Shown here piece after piece: positions 1 to 9,533 of a stretch of DNA of 40,893 bases. The stretch covers positions 1 to 40,893 of IMG/VR virus record IMGVR_UViG_3300049009_000676, one strand, 5' to 3'. Under the pieces are notes generated by a model. The model was not told the DNA's origin and searched no databases. It saw only the letters and a list, made by a program, of their open reading frames with translations. The position numbers were made by a program, and so were the translations under genes. How positions within the stretch are numbered: position 1 is the first letter of the stretch; each line of letters begins with the position of its first letter. The stretch is from a virus (taxonomy: Duplodnaviria; Caudoviricetes).

Positions 1-56
1 GGCACTTTTTGGGTCGATCTGGGGGGATCAAATAAAAAAGCACGTAAAATCCGGTC

Positions 57-515
57 ATGAGCAACAGACTACCCCCAGAGCTTCACATCATTAAAGGCAC
101 AACTGGCGAGCGCAAATCAAAACCGCTCCCCAAAGACGTGCGCAGCAGAGTGCCGCAAGCAGATTGGCTGGACGATCCTGGATCATGGAACAGATCAGAA
201 TTCATCAAAGAAACCTCTGAGTTTTTGTGGGATGTTTATGGGATCGGAAGCAAGCAGGATCAGCACATCCTCGCGGCTCTGGGCGCGCAGATGGACATTT
301 ATGTTCGCTGTTGGTATGAGATGCAGTCAGCTGACATCGTGGTGACCCACAACAGCGGCGCAACAGCTGGCCCCAACCCCTATTTCCTAGCCATGGACAG
401 GGCACTGAGCCGCGCCATTGTGCTGATGAATGAGCTTGGTCTAACACCCAAAGGTCGCCTTGCCAGCAAAACGCAAGAGGGTGGCAAATACGCAAAACTC
501 CTGAGCGGCCCATGA
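57..515 (+). CDS. terS: Terminase small subunit (P27-like)
   Basis: N-terminal PPELHIIKGT and C-terminal NPY...ELGLTPKGR, typical of P27-family TerS; ATGA overlap with terL. Confidence 0.88.
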   Translation: MSNRLPPELHIIKGTTGERKSKPLPKDVRSRVPQADWLDDPGSWNRSEFIKETSEFLWDVYGIGSKQDQHILAALGAQMDIYVRCWYEMQSADIVVTHNSGATAGPNPYFLAMDRALSRAIVLMNELGLTPKGRLASKTQEGGKYAKLLSGP

Positions 516-2173
516 GGTACGAAGACGGCATCCTGTATGCCGTAAATGTCGCGGCTGGCAATGTGCTGGTCTGCAAAAATGTTCGGCTCGCGGCACAGCG
601 ATTCCTGGACCAACTTGAAAACAGAACGTGGGCGTGGGAGTTCCACGACAAATATGCGCAGCACGTGCTGGATTTCTTTGCCACCCTAAAGCACACCAAA
701 GGGCCAATGGCCGGGCAACCGCTGGTGCTGGAGCCGTTCCAGATTTTCGCCATCTGCGCCATCTACGGATTCCGAAGCAAAAAAGACGTCTCCCGTCGCA
801 TGGTCACGGACGTCATCATTTTCATCCCTCGCAAAGCAGGCAAATCCACCCTGACGGCAGGGCTGGCGCTGTACGAGCTGGCATTTGGCGAGGCTGGCGC
901 AGAGGTGTATTCGCTGGCCACCACCCGCGATCAGGCCACCATCGTGTTCTCGGCGGCGGTCGGATTTATTGAGGCCATGCCTCCCGACATCGCTGCGATC
1001 TACAATGCAGGTCGCCACACGATCATGAAAGCTGGCGACGCCCAGAGCATGTTTAAGGCGTTGTCCCGAGACAACAAAAAGACTGGCGACGGCAAGAACC
1101 CATCTTGCGCCATTATCGACGAAGCTGCGCAGATCGTGGACCGCAACTCGATCGAGGTGCTCCACTCCGGGATGGTGGCGCGGCGCAACCCTCTCCGCAT
1201 CTACATCACCACGGCCAGTTTCACCAAAGAGACCAAATTCTACGAAGACATGACCATGCTTCAGACCATGCTCAATGGCGAAGCGCAGGACAATCCAGGG
1301 TGGTTCGGGCTGCTGTACAGCCTTGACCCTGGGGATGATTGGCGCGATCCTTCCACGTGGTCCAAGGTAAACCCCATGCACGGCATCAGCGTTTTTGAAG
1401 ACGCCATCGCCGCTCGCGCAGAGGAAGCCAAACACAAGCCTGCCGCGCTGAATGAGTTCCTCTGCAAAACGCTAAACCTCTACGTCAGCGCCAACAGCGC
1501 GTGGGTGGACAGGGAATATTGGGACGACAAACGCTGCGCCATCGTCGCCGAGCGTCAGCCCGAGGCGGTGTTTATCGGGTTCGACCTCGCGGCCACGCGT
1601 GACTTGAATGCGGTGTGCACGCTAAAAAGATTCTCGGAGCTGGACTATGAAGCTGAGTTCAAATTCTTTCTGCCCGAGATCGGCTTCGAGCTGATACCGA
1701 AGCATTATGGCGATATTTTCCGCATGGCCAAGCAATCCGGCATTTTGCACATCACGCAAGGCAACGTGATGGACGACAGGGAGATCAGCGACTACATTCA
1801 AGCGCAGTGCGCCAAGTACGACGCCAAGGAAATTGGTTTCGACGCCTACAACGCTGCGAGCCTCGTGGCGCGGCTGCATGATGCTGCCCTGCCGGTCAAG
1901 AAAGTTGGTCAGGGCATGGCGGTGCTCAGCAACCCAAGCAAGCACGTAGAGAAACTGATCCTCAATTACAACATCAAACACGACGGCAACCCTTTCCTCG
2001 GCTGGCAGCTCGGAAACTGCGAAGTTTATGAGGATGTAAATGGCAACGTTAAAATTAGAAAGAATGGCGCAGACCAAAACGCCAAAGTTGACGGCATAAT
2101 CAGCCTAATCATCGCCATGCATTGCTCGCTCGACAATGCGGCTGTTTCTGGGTTCGGATTTAGGGCATTTTAA
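512..2173 (+). CDS. terL: Terminase large subunit
   Basis: LEPFQ motif, Walker A IPRKAGKST, Walker B IIDEAA, coupling motif ITTAS, nuclease GFDLA and KVDGIIS. Confidence 0.97.
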   Translation: MRYEDGILYAVNVAAGNVLVCKNVRLAAQRFLDQLENRTWAWEFHDKYAQHVLDFFATLKHTKGPMAGQPLVLEPFQIFAICAIYGFRSKKDVSRRMVTDVIIFIPRKAGKSTLTAGLALYELAFGEAGAEVYSLATTRDQATIVFSAAVGFIEAMPPDIAAIYNAGRHTIMKAGDAQSMFKALSRDNKKTGDGKNPSCAIIDEAAQIVDRNSIEVLHSGMVARRNPLRIYITTASFTKETKFYEDMTMLQTMLNGEAQDNPGWFGLLYSLDPGDDWRDPSTWSKVNPMHGISVFEDAIAARAEEAKHKPAALNEFLCKTLNLYVSANSAWVDREYWDDKRCAIVAERQPEAVFIGFDLAATRDLNAVCTLKRFSELDYEAEFKFFLPEIGFELIPKHYGDIFRMAKQSGILHITQGNVMDDREISDYIQAQCAKYDAKEIGFDAYNAASLVARLHDAALPVKKVGQGMAVLSNPSKHVEKLILNYNIKHDGNPFLGWQLGNCEVYEDVNGNVKIRKNGADQNAKVDGIISLIIAMHCSLDNAAVSGFGFRAF

Positions 2174-2182
2174 GGCGCGCAC

Positions 2183-3580
2183 ATGGCAATCCTAGACATT
2201 TTCAAGCGAAAGCAGATTGGTTCCAAGGAATCAAACTCGCTTTTCGGCCAGACTGCACTGGGCAATAATGTTGTCTACCAGAGCGGCAGCAAACCCACAG
2301 TAAACACCCAAATCCTCTACGTCACCACAGCGTCCACCAATAATGCTGGGCGGCCAGTGGACATGTCGTTGCTCACGCGCAACAGCACCATCCTGGCCTG
2401 TATAGCGGCCAAGGCGCGTGCAATCGCGCAGCTCCCGGTCAACGTCATGTGCCAGCTGGATGACGGCTCCTGCGTCAATGCAATCACCTCCGAAGAGGTC
2501 GGAAAACGCGACAAAGCCAAAGCCAAACAAGTTGCTGCGCTGTTGGCTGAGCCAAACAAATTCCAGAGTGCGTACGAATTCTGGTATCAGTGGATCATGT
2601 GGTACGAGCTGTCTGGCGAAGCATTCCTGCTGTGGTGGCGGCAGAACCAGCAAAACTCGCTTGAGACACCGCTGGAGATGTACCTGCTGGACAGCACTCT
2701 GATTGCGGTAACAATCACCCCGACGCGATACCCCAGCTACCGGCTGAGCACGCCTAGCTACGGATTTAGCAGGGACGAGCCGCTGGACGCGCATCAAGTC
2801 ATGCACACCAAGGACATGGCGTGGCAAGGGTCAGCAGGTTTCAACAAAGGCATCCTCGCGGCTGAGTTGGTGAGTTTGGATCAGGACATCGACCTGTACG
2901 CAAACTACGTCATGCAAAATGGCGCCAAACCTTCGGGTATGTTTACCACCGAGCAGGTGATTCCGGACGGCAAATTTAAAGAGATTGCCGCAAGGCTAAA
3001 AGAGGCGTGGTCCAGCATGACTGGGAGCCGGGAAAGTGATCCGTCCAAGCCCGGCCAGGGCATGCTGCTGGATCAGGGCATGAAATACGAGCCACTGAAG
3101 ATGCTCACCCTGCAGGACGCCGACACAGAAAAGCTAAAGACTCAGACCATGAAGCGCATCTGCGGATTGTTCGGGGTGCCGCCTGCAATGATCGGAATTG
3201 CTGATCAGAAATACAACAACACGCAGACGATGTTGGATGAATTCTACAAGTCCACCATTTATCCCACGACAGTCAACATGCAACAGAAACTGAAAACGCA
3301 TTTGTTCCCGGGATACCCCAATTTGTGCATCGAATTCGACACGCGCAACTTCCTGAAAGGCGCACCGCTGGATCAAATGAATTTTGCAGTGTCTGGGGTT
3401 GGCGCAGGCATCATGACTCCCAACGAAGCTCGCAGCTACATGAACATGCCCGCCACAGATGGCGGCAATGAGCTGCAACCCAAAGCAGCCGCTGCGCCTG
3501 CAGCCGAGCCGGGTGCCAGCCCACAAGACACAGGCGGCGGCGGCGGAAATCAGACCAGGAAAATGAACATTGGCAAATGA
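2183..3580 (+). CDS. Portal protein, HK97 family
   Basis: IAQLP, NGAKPSG, ICGLFGVPPAMIG and IMTPNEAR motifs; follows terL. Confidence 0.95.
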   Translation: MAILDIFKRKQIGSKESNSLFGQTALGNNVVYQSGSKPTVNTQILYVTTASTNNAGRPVDMSLLTRNSTILACIAAKARAIAQLPVNVMCQLDDGSCVNAITSEEVGKRDKAKAKQVAALLAEPNKFQSAYEFWYQWIMWYELSGEAFLLWWRQNQQNSLETPLEMYLLDSTLIAVTITPTRYPSYRLSTPSYGFSRDEPLDAHQVMHTKDMAWQGSAGFNKGILAAELVSLDQDIDLYANYVMQNGAKPSGMFTTEQVIPDGKFKEIAARLKEAWSSMTGSRESDPSKPGQGMLLDQGMKYEPLKMLTLQDADTEKLKTQTMKRICGLFGVPPAMIGIADQKYNNTQTMLDEFYKSTIYPTTVNMQQKLKTHLFPGYPNLCIEFDTRNFLKGAPLDQMNFAVSGVGAGIMTPNEARSYMNMPATDGGNELQPKAAAAPAAEPGASPQDTGGGGGNQTRKMNIGK

Positions 3581-3583
3581 TTT

Positions 3584-3781
3584 ATGATGGACAAACTGCT
3601 TCAAGATAAAATTAAAGCGTTGTACATTAAAAAGCATAGTGCAAACAGCGTAAAATTGAAAACAATATATGACATTGACCAAACCCAAGTCGATGAGGTA
3701 ATCAATGACGCACAAACAGTTGACGCTAATCTGCGAGGCCAAGCTCGTCGCAGGGCAACCAGGAAATCCAGGCCAAATTGA
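3584..3781 (+). CDS. Possible small basic protein, in frame with the portal and overlapping the protease
   Basis: 65-aa ORF filling an AT-rich gap; no clear SD; overlaps the next gene by 77 nt. Confidence 0.25.
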   Translation: MMDKLLQDKIKALYIKKHSANSVKLKTIYDIDQTQVDEVINDAQTVDANLRGQARRRATRKSRPN

Positions 3782-4484
3782 GGCCACAGTCACAACCTGG
3801 GGCGCTCGCGAGGGAGCTGACGGGCGGCGGTTCAATTACCAGCCCGAAGGATTCATGGATTGGGCAGAGGCATTCGTGGAAGCTGGCAAACCCCTGCCGA
3901 TGTTCCTTAACCACAACAGCGATGGCATCCCAATTGGCGAATGGAGCTCATTTGAGTTTTCGCACTCTGGCATGACAGCTGAAGGGCGAATCTTTATGAA
4001 CACTGCCGCTGGACGCGACATGCACACCATCATGACGGAGTCTCCGACGCTGTTTGGCGGTGTGTCTGTTGGCGCATACGCAGAATCTTACCAGATGGTC
4101 AATGCCGATGGCGAGCCAGACCAATCGGAAGAGGCCTATTTTCAGATCACCAAAGGTGGCCTGCGGGAAGTGTCCGTTGTGATGTACCCAAACAACCCCG
4201 AAGCCAACGTCAGCCGCCTGGAATATTTCCGGCCTGACGGCACGGCTGATTTAAAAATCATGGAGCAAGCCCTGCGTGATGCAGGACTGTCCAGGACTGA
4301 TGCGGTCGCTGCCGCATCAACTTTCAAGAAGGTGCTGGAGCAGCGTGATGCTGTAAAAGTGCCCAATGAAACTGCGACGTTGCAGCGTGATGCTGATGCG
4401 GAAGCGACCACCAACGCAGCAATTCTCGCGGCTCTTGAGCAACGCGAACTGCTGCAAATTCTCGACAAACGACTCAAAAGGTAA
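3705..4484 (+). CDS. Prohead maturation protease (HK97 gp4-like)
   Basis: MFLNHN, PIGEW, GVSVG and LREVSVVMYPNNPEA motifs; GAGGT SD upstream. Confidence 0.93.
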   Translation: MTHKQLTLICEAKLVAGQPGNPGQIEATVTTWGAREGADGRRFNYQPEGFMDWAEAFVEAGKPLPMFLNHNSDGIPIGEWSSFEFSHSGMTAEGRIFMNTAAGRDMHTIMTESPTLFGGVSVGAYAESYQMVNADGEPDQSEEAYFQITKGGLREVSVVMYPNNPEANVSRLEYFRPDGTADLKIMEQALRDAGLSRTDAVAAASTFKKVLEQRDAVKVPNETATLQRDADAEATTNAAILAALEQRELLQILDKRLKR

Positions 4485-4488
4485 CGCC

Positions 4489-5838
4489 ATGTCTCAAGTA
4501 ATTCTCGACAAACTGGACGCCATCGAAGCCCAGCAGCACAATGCTGTGTTGGCCGTGGAAGCCAAAATCCCCGCAGCCATTGATGCTGCTCGCGCCGATA
4601 TCGACGCCAAAATGGCCGCTCTGGAAGCCAAAATTGCTTCCGTCCAGGCTCCCTCCATCATTCGGATTGCCAAGTCTGTCCGCACTGATGTGAACCGCGC
4701 TGTGCGCGAACAGCTGGCCAGCTATTACAAAGGCTCTCGCCAAGGCGAAAAAGAACTGAAAATGTTCGAAGATCAGGGCCAGTACGACGCCTACATGAAT
4801 GAGGCTGCCGGCCTGACTGCTGGCGGCGATGGCCAAGGCGGTCGCACCGGATACGACCCTGTGTTTGTGGCGCTGCGTTTGGCCAATCAGCTGCGTGGCA
4901 TGTCTCGCACCGTGGCCACCGACGGATCCAGCTATCAGTTCCGTGTCAAAACCGGCAACGCTGGTGCACAGTGGGGCTATGCCGTTCAGAACAACGGTTC
5001 GCCCACCACGGAAAACACCAGCATCTGGCAGTTGGTTCTAAAAGACATCAACGTCCAGTTTCCGATCCGCACTGCAGCTCTGGACGACATTGATGGCCTG
5101 GAAGCCAACATCGTTGACGACATGCTGATGGAATTCGCGCAATCAGAAGCCCAGTCCATGATCAGCAACAACGATCAGTCCGGCACCGGCACTTCTGTGA
5201 CCACTGGCGGCGCTGACGGTCTGCGCGGTTTGAATCAGTACCCTGGCGCCAACAGCACTTACGCAGGCGGCACGACTTCGGCAGCTGCTTTTGGCACTTC
5301 CGGCACCGGCTCCACCACTGGATTGCACAGCTTGGCAACCTACGATCAGTTGACTTCCAACGTTAACACGGTCGGGTTGAATAACGTCACATACAAAGAC
5401 GTCATCAACACCATTTACGCTTTGCCGCAACAGTATTGGACACCGGCAACCAAGTTCATGGTCAATCCCATCCTTGCCCAAGCCATCCGTGGCCTGCAAG
5501 ACACCAATGGTCGTCCGATTTTCAACAGCACTGAGTCGCTGAATCCGAACGGCATTATTGGTCAATTGCTCGGGTTCGATGTGGTGATGAACAAGTATTT
5601 GGACAGCCCAAGTCAGCTGACAACTGCTGCTGCGGCCACCACGAGCAAGTACCCGATGTACTTTGGCGACTGGACTCGCGGCCACACCATCATTGATCGT
5701 TTGAATATGATCATGCGTCGCTACGACCAAACGCTCCCAGGCTACATCACTTTCTACGGCGAGAAGCGTCTGGCCACCAGCGTGCGCGATCCAAACGCAC
5801 TGATCCGTTACCGTTCGACGGCAACTGCTGCCAACTAA
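4489..5838 (+). CDS. Major capsid protein 1 (HK97 fold, with N-terminal coiled-coil delta/scaffold domain)
   Basis: Start moved to ATG 4489 (AAAGG SD). N-terminal ~100 aa are helical. LQDTNGRPIF, LLGFDVV, YFGDW and FYGEKR are HK97-type MCP motifs. Confidence 0.93.
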   Translation: MSQVILDKLDAIEAQQHNAVLAVEAKIPAAIDAARADIDAKMAALEAKIASVQAPSIIRIAKSVRTDVNRAVREQLASYYKGSRQGEKELKMFEDQGQYDAYMNEAAGLTAGGDGQGGRTGYDPVFVALRLANQLRGMSRTVATDGSSYQFRVKTGNAGAQWGYAVQNNGSPTTENTSIWQLVLKDINVQFPIRTAALDDIDGLEANIVDDMLMEFAQSEAQSMISNNDQSGTGTSVTTGGADGLRGLNQYPGANSTYAGGTTSAAAFGTSGTGSTTGLHSLATYDQLTSNVNTVGLNNVTYKDVINTIYALPQQYWTPATKFMVNPILAQAIRGLQDTNGRPIFNSTESLNPNGIIGQLLGFDVVMNKYLDSPSQLTTAAAATTSKYPMYFGDWTRGHTIIDRLNMIMRRYDQTLPGYITFYGEKRLATSVRDPNALIRYRSTATAAN

Positions 5839-5851
5839 TAGTTGTGCGAGA

Positions 5852-5889
5852 AGGGAGAGGCCAAAACCTCTCCCTGCATTTTCGATTTC
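5852..5889 (+). terminator. Hairpin with weak U-tract between the two capsid genes (possible leaky terminator)
   Basis: AGGGAGAGG (5852-5860), loop CCAAAA, CCTCTCCCT (5867-5875), then GCATTTTCGATTTC. Confidence 0.6.
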
Positions 5890-5902
5890 AACTGGAACAA
5901 CA

Positions 5903-6949
5903 ATGAAAACCATTACCGAAAAAATCCTGGACGGCATCAAGCAGACGCTGGAAAATGGCGACAAAGTCAAGATCGATCTGCGCGAGGCAGCAGGTCTTAC
6001 AGGCAGCGGCGATGGTCAAGGTGGACGGACTTATTTTGATGACGCATTCGCGGCCTTGCGATATGCAAATCCATTTCGGCGTAATGCTCGGCAGATTAAA
6101 GTTGCAGGCTCCAGTGCAATGTTTGTGGCCAAGACTGGTAATGCAGCCAACCAAACAAATCCTTGGGGCTACACGTTCACTCCCGACAGCGGAACTCCCG
6201 GAACGAACACCACGATCTGGCAATTGCCTACTCGCGTGATCACGGCTCAATTGCCGATCCGCACGGCAGCCATGTCGGACATTAACTACCTCAATGAAAC
6301 CATCGTTGAAGACTTGATGCTGGAATTCTCGGCTATTGAAGCTGCTTCAATGGCGGCAAACAATGATCAAGCAGGCAGCAGCACCACCAGCACTGGTGGC
6401 ACTGATGGGCTTCGTGGTCTTGATTATTATCCTGGCGCAGCAGGCGCAACTGCCGCTTATGGTTCGTCTGGAACGGCCATTACAAATGGACGCCACACTT
6501 TAACCACTATTGGTCACACAAGTGCTTCGGTAGATATGGAATCATTGCAAGATATGGCGGCAGCTTTGCCTGGTCAATATTGGGGATTGCCAGGAACTTG
6601 TTGGCACATGAGTCCAAGCTATATTCAAGGTCTGAAAAAATACGCTCACAACGGCGCTACAGGCCCATATTCATGGGTTGACACTGGAGATGCCGATGGT
6701 GGCCCAGGCATGTTCTTGCAAGGATTTCCAGTTATCCCAAACCCATATTTGGATGCCACTGGAACCGCAGGCAACTTCCCTGTGTATCTTGCCAACTGGC
6801 CTCAGTTTATGACTATTGCCGACATTGAAGAAATGTCCATTCAAGCGATGGAAGAAACCACGCCAGGGTTCATTACGCTGTACGCAGAGAAACGTATGGT
6901 CAGCACAGTGCGCAATCCATTTGCTGGTGTCCGTCTGATTGAGACTTAA
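5903..6949 (+). CDS. Second capsid protein, paralog of MCP1 lacking most of the delta domain
   Basis: Colinear with MCP1: EAAGLT.GDGQGGRT, KTGNA, IWQL, PIRTAA, NNDQ.G, DGLRGL..YPG, PG.IT.Y.EKR...VR.P. Confidence 0.9.
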   Translation: MKTITEKILDGIKQTLENGDKVKIDLREAAGLTGSGDGQGGRTYFDDAFAALRYANPFRRNARQIKVAGSSAMFVAKTGNAANQTNPWGYTFTPDSGTPGTNTTIWQLPTRVITAQLPIRTAAMSDINYLNETIVEDLMLEFSAIEAASMAANNDQAGSSTTSTGGTDGLRGLDYYPGAAGATAAYGSSGTAITNGRHTLTTIGHTSASVDMESLQDMAAALPGQYWGLPGTCWHMSPSYIQGLKKYAHNGATGPYSWVDTGDADGGPGMFLQGFPVIPNPYLDATGTAGNFPVYLANWPQFMTIADIEEMSIQAMEETTPGFITLYAEKRMVSTVRNPFAGVRLIET

Positions 6950-6952
6950 ACA

Positions 6953-7624
6953 ATGCCTGCGGATCAAAACCAATATGGGCTGCCCTTTGGGGCGGCAACA
7001 CGTAATCCATTCAACTACTCCAAGGTTGAACAGATTACGCGCGACAACACCACTGCATGGTTAACTTCTGCAAGCATCCGGCAGCAGCTCAATTTATTTG
7101 ACGACACCAGCCAGGACACCTACATCAACAGCCTAGAGCTGGCCATCCGGCAGGCAATCGAAGATTATCTGGGGATGTCCATTTTTGCAACCTCCTATCG
7201 GGTGTGGTATGGATTAGAAAGCATCGTTGCTTCGCCAATCTGTTTCGATCTGCCCGAGGTAAGCCAGAACACCAATCCTGCACTTGCTGGCGTAACCATT
7301 GATTCGGTAAAGTATTGGACAGACGACGCACCACCAACCTCGGTGACGGTGGCAGGCTCTCAATATTATTATGATGTTTCTGGCAACAAGGTTGTGCTGC
7401 AGAGTTTGCCCACCAGCATTAACTCCACCATGACTGCTCCCATCTTTATCGACTACTCAACAGTGGCCAGTCCCCTCGCGGCGTACCCTGTCATTCGACA
7501 AGCCGGTTTGCTGCTGTTTACACACCTCTACAACAATCGCAGCAACACAGTTGAGGGCAACCTAAGGGAAATCCCGTTTGGGGTTTCTACGCTGCTTAGG
7601 CCATACAAACCGCTGGTGATGTAG
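6953..7624 (+). CDS. Head-tail connector (gp6/gp15-like)
   Basis: C-terminal IRQAGLLLFTHLYNNR...IPFGVSTLLRPYK motif; position after capsid. Confidence 0.85.
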   Translation: MPADQNQYGLPFGAATRNPFNYSKVEQITRDNTTAWLTSASIRQQLNLFDDTSQDTYINSLELAIRQAIEDYLGMSIFATSYRVWYGLESIVASPICFDLPEVSQNTNPALAGVTIDSVKYWTDDAPPTSVTVAGSQYYYDVSGNKVVLQSLPTSINSTMTAPIFIDYSTVASPLAAYPVIRQAGLLLFTHLYNNRSNTVEGNLREIPFGVSTLLRPYKPLVM

Positions 7625-7626
7625 CC

Positions 7627-7971
7627 ATGGCAATAGCGCGGTTTGAAAACCTCAGCGTCAATTCGTTATCGTTTTTGACTTCCACATTTGGAGCGCAGAG
7701 CACAATCAAAACGCTGTGGTTTGCCACTCGCGGCAAAGTGCACGCAGTGGCAAACCACGTTCGCATTACAGAAAAATATCGCGTCTATTCAGACATCGTA
7801 GAATTCACACTCAACTACACCCCGAACATCAAAACCATTGTCGACAATCAGAATGCCTACTCAATTACATGGCGCGGATTTGATTGGCGCATCGACAATG
7901 TGCGCGAAGCGGATGATCGGATGACAGCGACGCTGTTGTGCGTGCGCAACGACCCTGTGGTGGCGATGTAA
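7627..7971 (+). CDS. Head closure / head-tail adaptor
   Basis: 114-aa beta-rich protein (ITWRGFDWRIDNV); synteny. Confidence 0.7.
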   Translation: MAIARFENLSVNSLSFLTSTFGAQSTIKTLWFATRGKVHAVANHVRITEKYRVYSDIVEFTLNYTPNIKTIVDNQNAYSITWRGFDWRIDNVREADDRMTATLLCVRNDPVVAM

Positions 7972-8474
7972 TGGCGACTCAGCAAAATCCGGTCAATTAC
8001 GCCAAAGCCATTCAGTATCAGCTGTCCAGCATCGTCACGCCTGTGCCTGTTTATGCAGCATTCAACCGCAATTTTGCAACCGAGCCAAAATTTATTACTT
8101 GGATGCTCAGGAATGTTCATCAGCCTGTCTATACAGGAAGCAACCAAGCGAACAAAGGCATTGATCGGCCTGTTTTCCAGATTTCCATTTTTACGCAAGC
8201 CATGGAGGATGGATTCGCCATCTCTAATCAGATCCTGCAGGCGCTGCACGGGTACTCAGGATTTTTTGGAGGAACCACCGGATGGCTTAATGCCTCCGGT
8301 CAAATTGTTCCTTGGACAAATGCTGCTCTGGACACAATAGGCTGGACGTCGCCAAACACAGGCACAGGTTTTTATATTTCCAAAGCAGATGTGGATTGGT
8401 TGTATAATTCCTACGACGACGAGCAGAAATTGGCCCAAGTGTTTTTAGATTGTACGTTAGACATTCCAACATAA
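7971..8474 (+). CDS. Tail completion/terminator protein with a Trp-repeat segment
   Basis: Start moved to ATG 7971 (TAATG coupling). FQISIF...ILQALHGYSG resembles tail terminators; lies directly before the tube genes. Confidence 0.7.
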   Translation: MATQQNPVNYAKAIQYQLSSIVTPVPVYAAFNRNFATEPKFITWMLRNVHQPVYTGSNQANKGIDRPVFQISIFTQAMEDGFAISNQILQALHGYSGFFGGTTGWLNASGQIVPWTNAALDTIGWTSPNTGTGFYISKADVDWLYNSYDDEQKLAQVFLDCTLDIPT

Positions 8475-8507
8475 AATACCTTACCCACTTTTTGAAGGAA
8501 CTGCAAA

Positions 8508-9002
8508 ATGGCTCTGCCCAATAAAATTCTTCCTGGCTTTAGCGCATCAATGTATGCGCAACCGTCAGCCAGCCCGACGCCTTTGACTCTGGCACAACTG
8601 TCTCTGGTGGCCAGCACATCTGGAATTGCCATCTCGGGAAATTTGATGAACATCGAAGCGATTCCAGCCTTTGGCCAGGACGATGCAGTGGCATCTTTCG
8701 GGGTCGCAGGTTCGCGGCAGTCTGACAAAATTCCAGCCCAATCTGCCCCCACTTCGATGACGATCACATCGGCATGGAATCCTTCGGACGCTGTAACGCT
8801 GCTGCTGCGTGCAGACGCTTACAGCGGCACGGTGGATCGCACATTCGTGATTGCTGCCACCGATGGCACCAACATTGTGTACTATGCCTTCAATGGGCGC
8901 GTGTCGCAATTCCAAATTGATGCTCAGCCTGGAGCAGAAGCAAAGTGCATGTACAGCATTCAGCCTCGCGGCAATCTGTACGGCTGGTCCAACAACGCTT
9001 AA
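8508..9002 (+). CDS. Tail tube protein 1
   Basis: GAAGGA SD; beta-rich 164 aa ending YAFNGRVSQFQID...SIQPRG; synteny. Confidence 0.75.
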   Translation: MALPNKILPGFSASMYAQPSASPTPLTLAQLSLVASTSGIAISGNLMNIEAIPAFGQDDAVASFGVAGSRQSDKIPAQSAPTSMTITSAWNPSDAVTLLLRADAYSGTVDRTFVIAATDGTNIVYYAFNGRVSQFQIDAQPGAEAKCMYSIQPRGNLYGWSNNA

Positions 9003-9014
9003 AGAGAATCAATC

Positions 9015-9533
9015 ATGGCAGCACCCGCATTAGTACTACCCGGCTTTAGCGCATCCATGTGGATGCAAACCGGAGCCGCTCCCACTGCATTGTCCACAGC
9101 CAATTTGTCTGTTTGGGCTGCGCAGGTTGCCGCAATTGTCGGCACAGTCGCCAACGGCACTGGCGGATCTGGCACAGCATTGAACATCGAAGCTGTGCCG
9201 GCTTTTGGCCAAGATGACGCAGTGGCCAGCTTCGGTGTGGCAGGGTCACGGCAGTCCGACAAAATCCCGACGCAATCTGCACCAACATCAATGACGATCA
9301 CTGCAGCATGGAATCCTTCGGATGCCGGTTTGCTGTTGATTCGCGGTGACGCTTACAGCGGCGTGATTGATCGAACATTTGTCGTGGCAGCGGTCAGCGG
9401 CGTTAGCACGATTGCTTATGCTTTTAATGGTCGCGTGAGCCAATTTACCATTGATCCGCAGCCAGGTGCAGAAGCCAAATGCATTTTTACGATTCACCCT
9501 CGTGGCAATCAGTACGGCTGGAGCAACACATAA
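9015..9533 (+). CDS. Tail tube protein 2 (paralog of 8508-9002)
   Basis: Shares LPGFSASM, PAFGQDDAVASFGVAGSRQSDKIP.QSAPTSMTIT.AWNPSD, YAFNGRVSQF and QPGAEAKC with tube 1. Confidence 0.75.
   Translation: MAAPALVLPGFSASMWMQTGAAPTALSTANLSVWAAQVAAIVGTVANGTGGSGTALNIEAVPAFGQDDAVASFGVAGSRQSDKIPTQSAPTSMTITAAWNPSDAGLLLIRGDAYSGVIDRTFVVAAVSGVSTIAYAFNGRVSQFTIDPQPGAEAKCIFTIHPRGNQYGWSNT

Noticed and set aside
4366-4488. ORF-track upstream extensions of MCP1, and likewise the starts at 7938, 9479, 17638, 22871, 25411, 30935, 32030, 34874, 35508, 37236 and 38482
   Set aside because: Downstream starts have SD sequences or stop/start coupling and avoid long overlaps.
8508-9533. Tube (or capsid) duplication as an assembly artefact
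   Set aside because: The copies differ at many synonymous sites and by indels, and both frames are intact.
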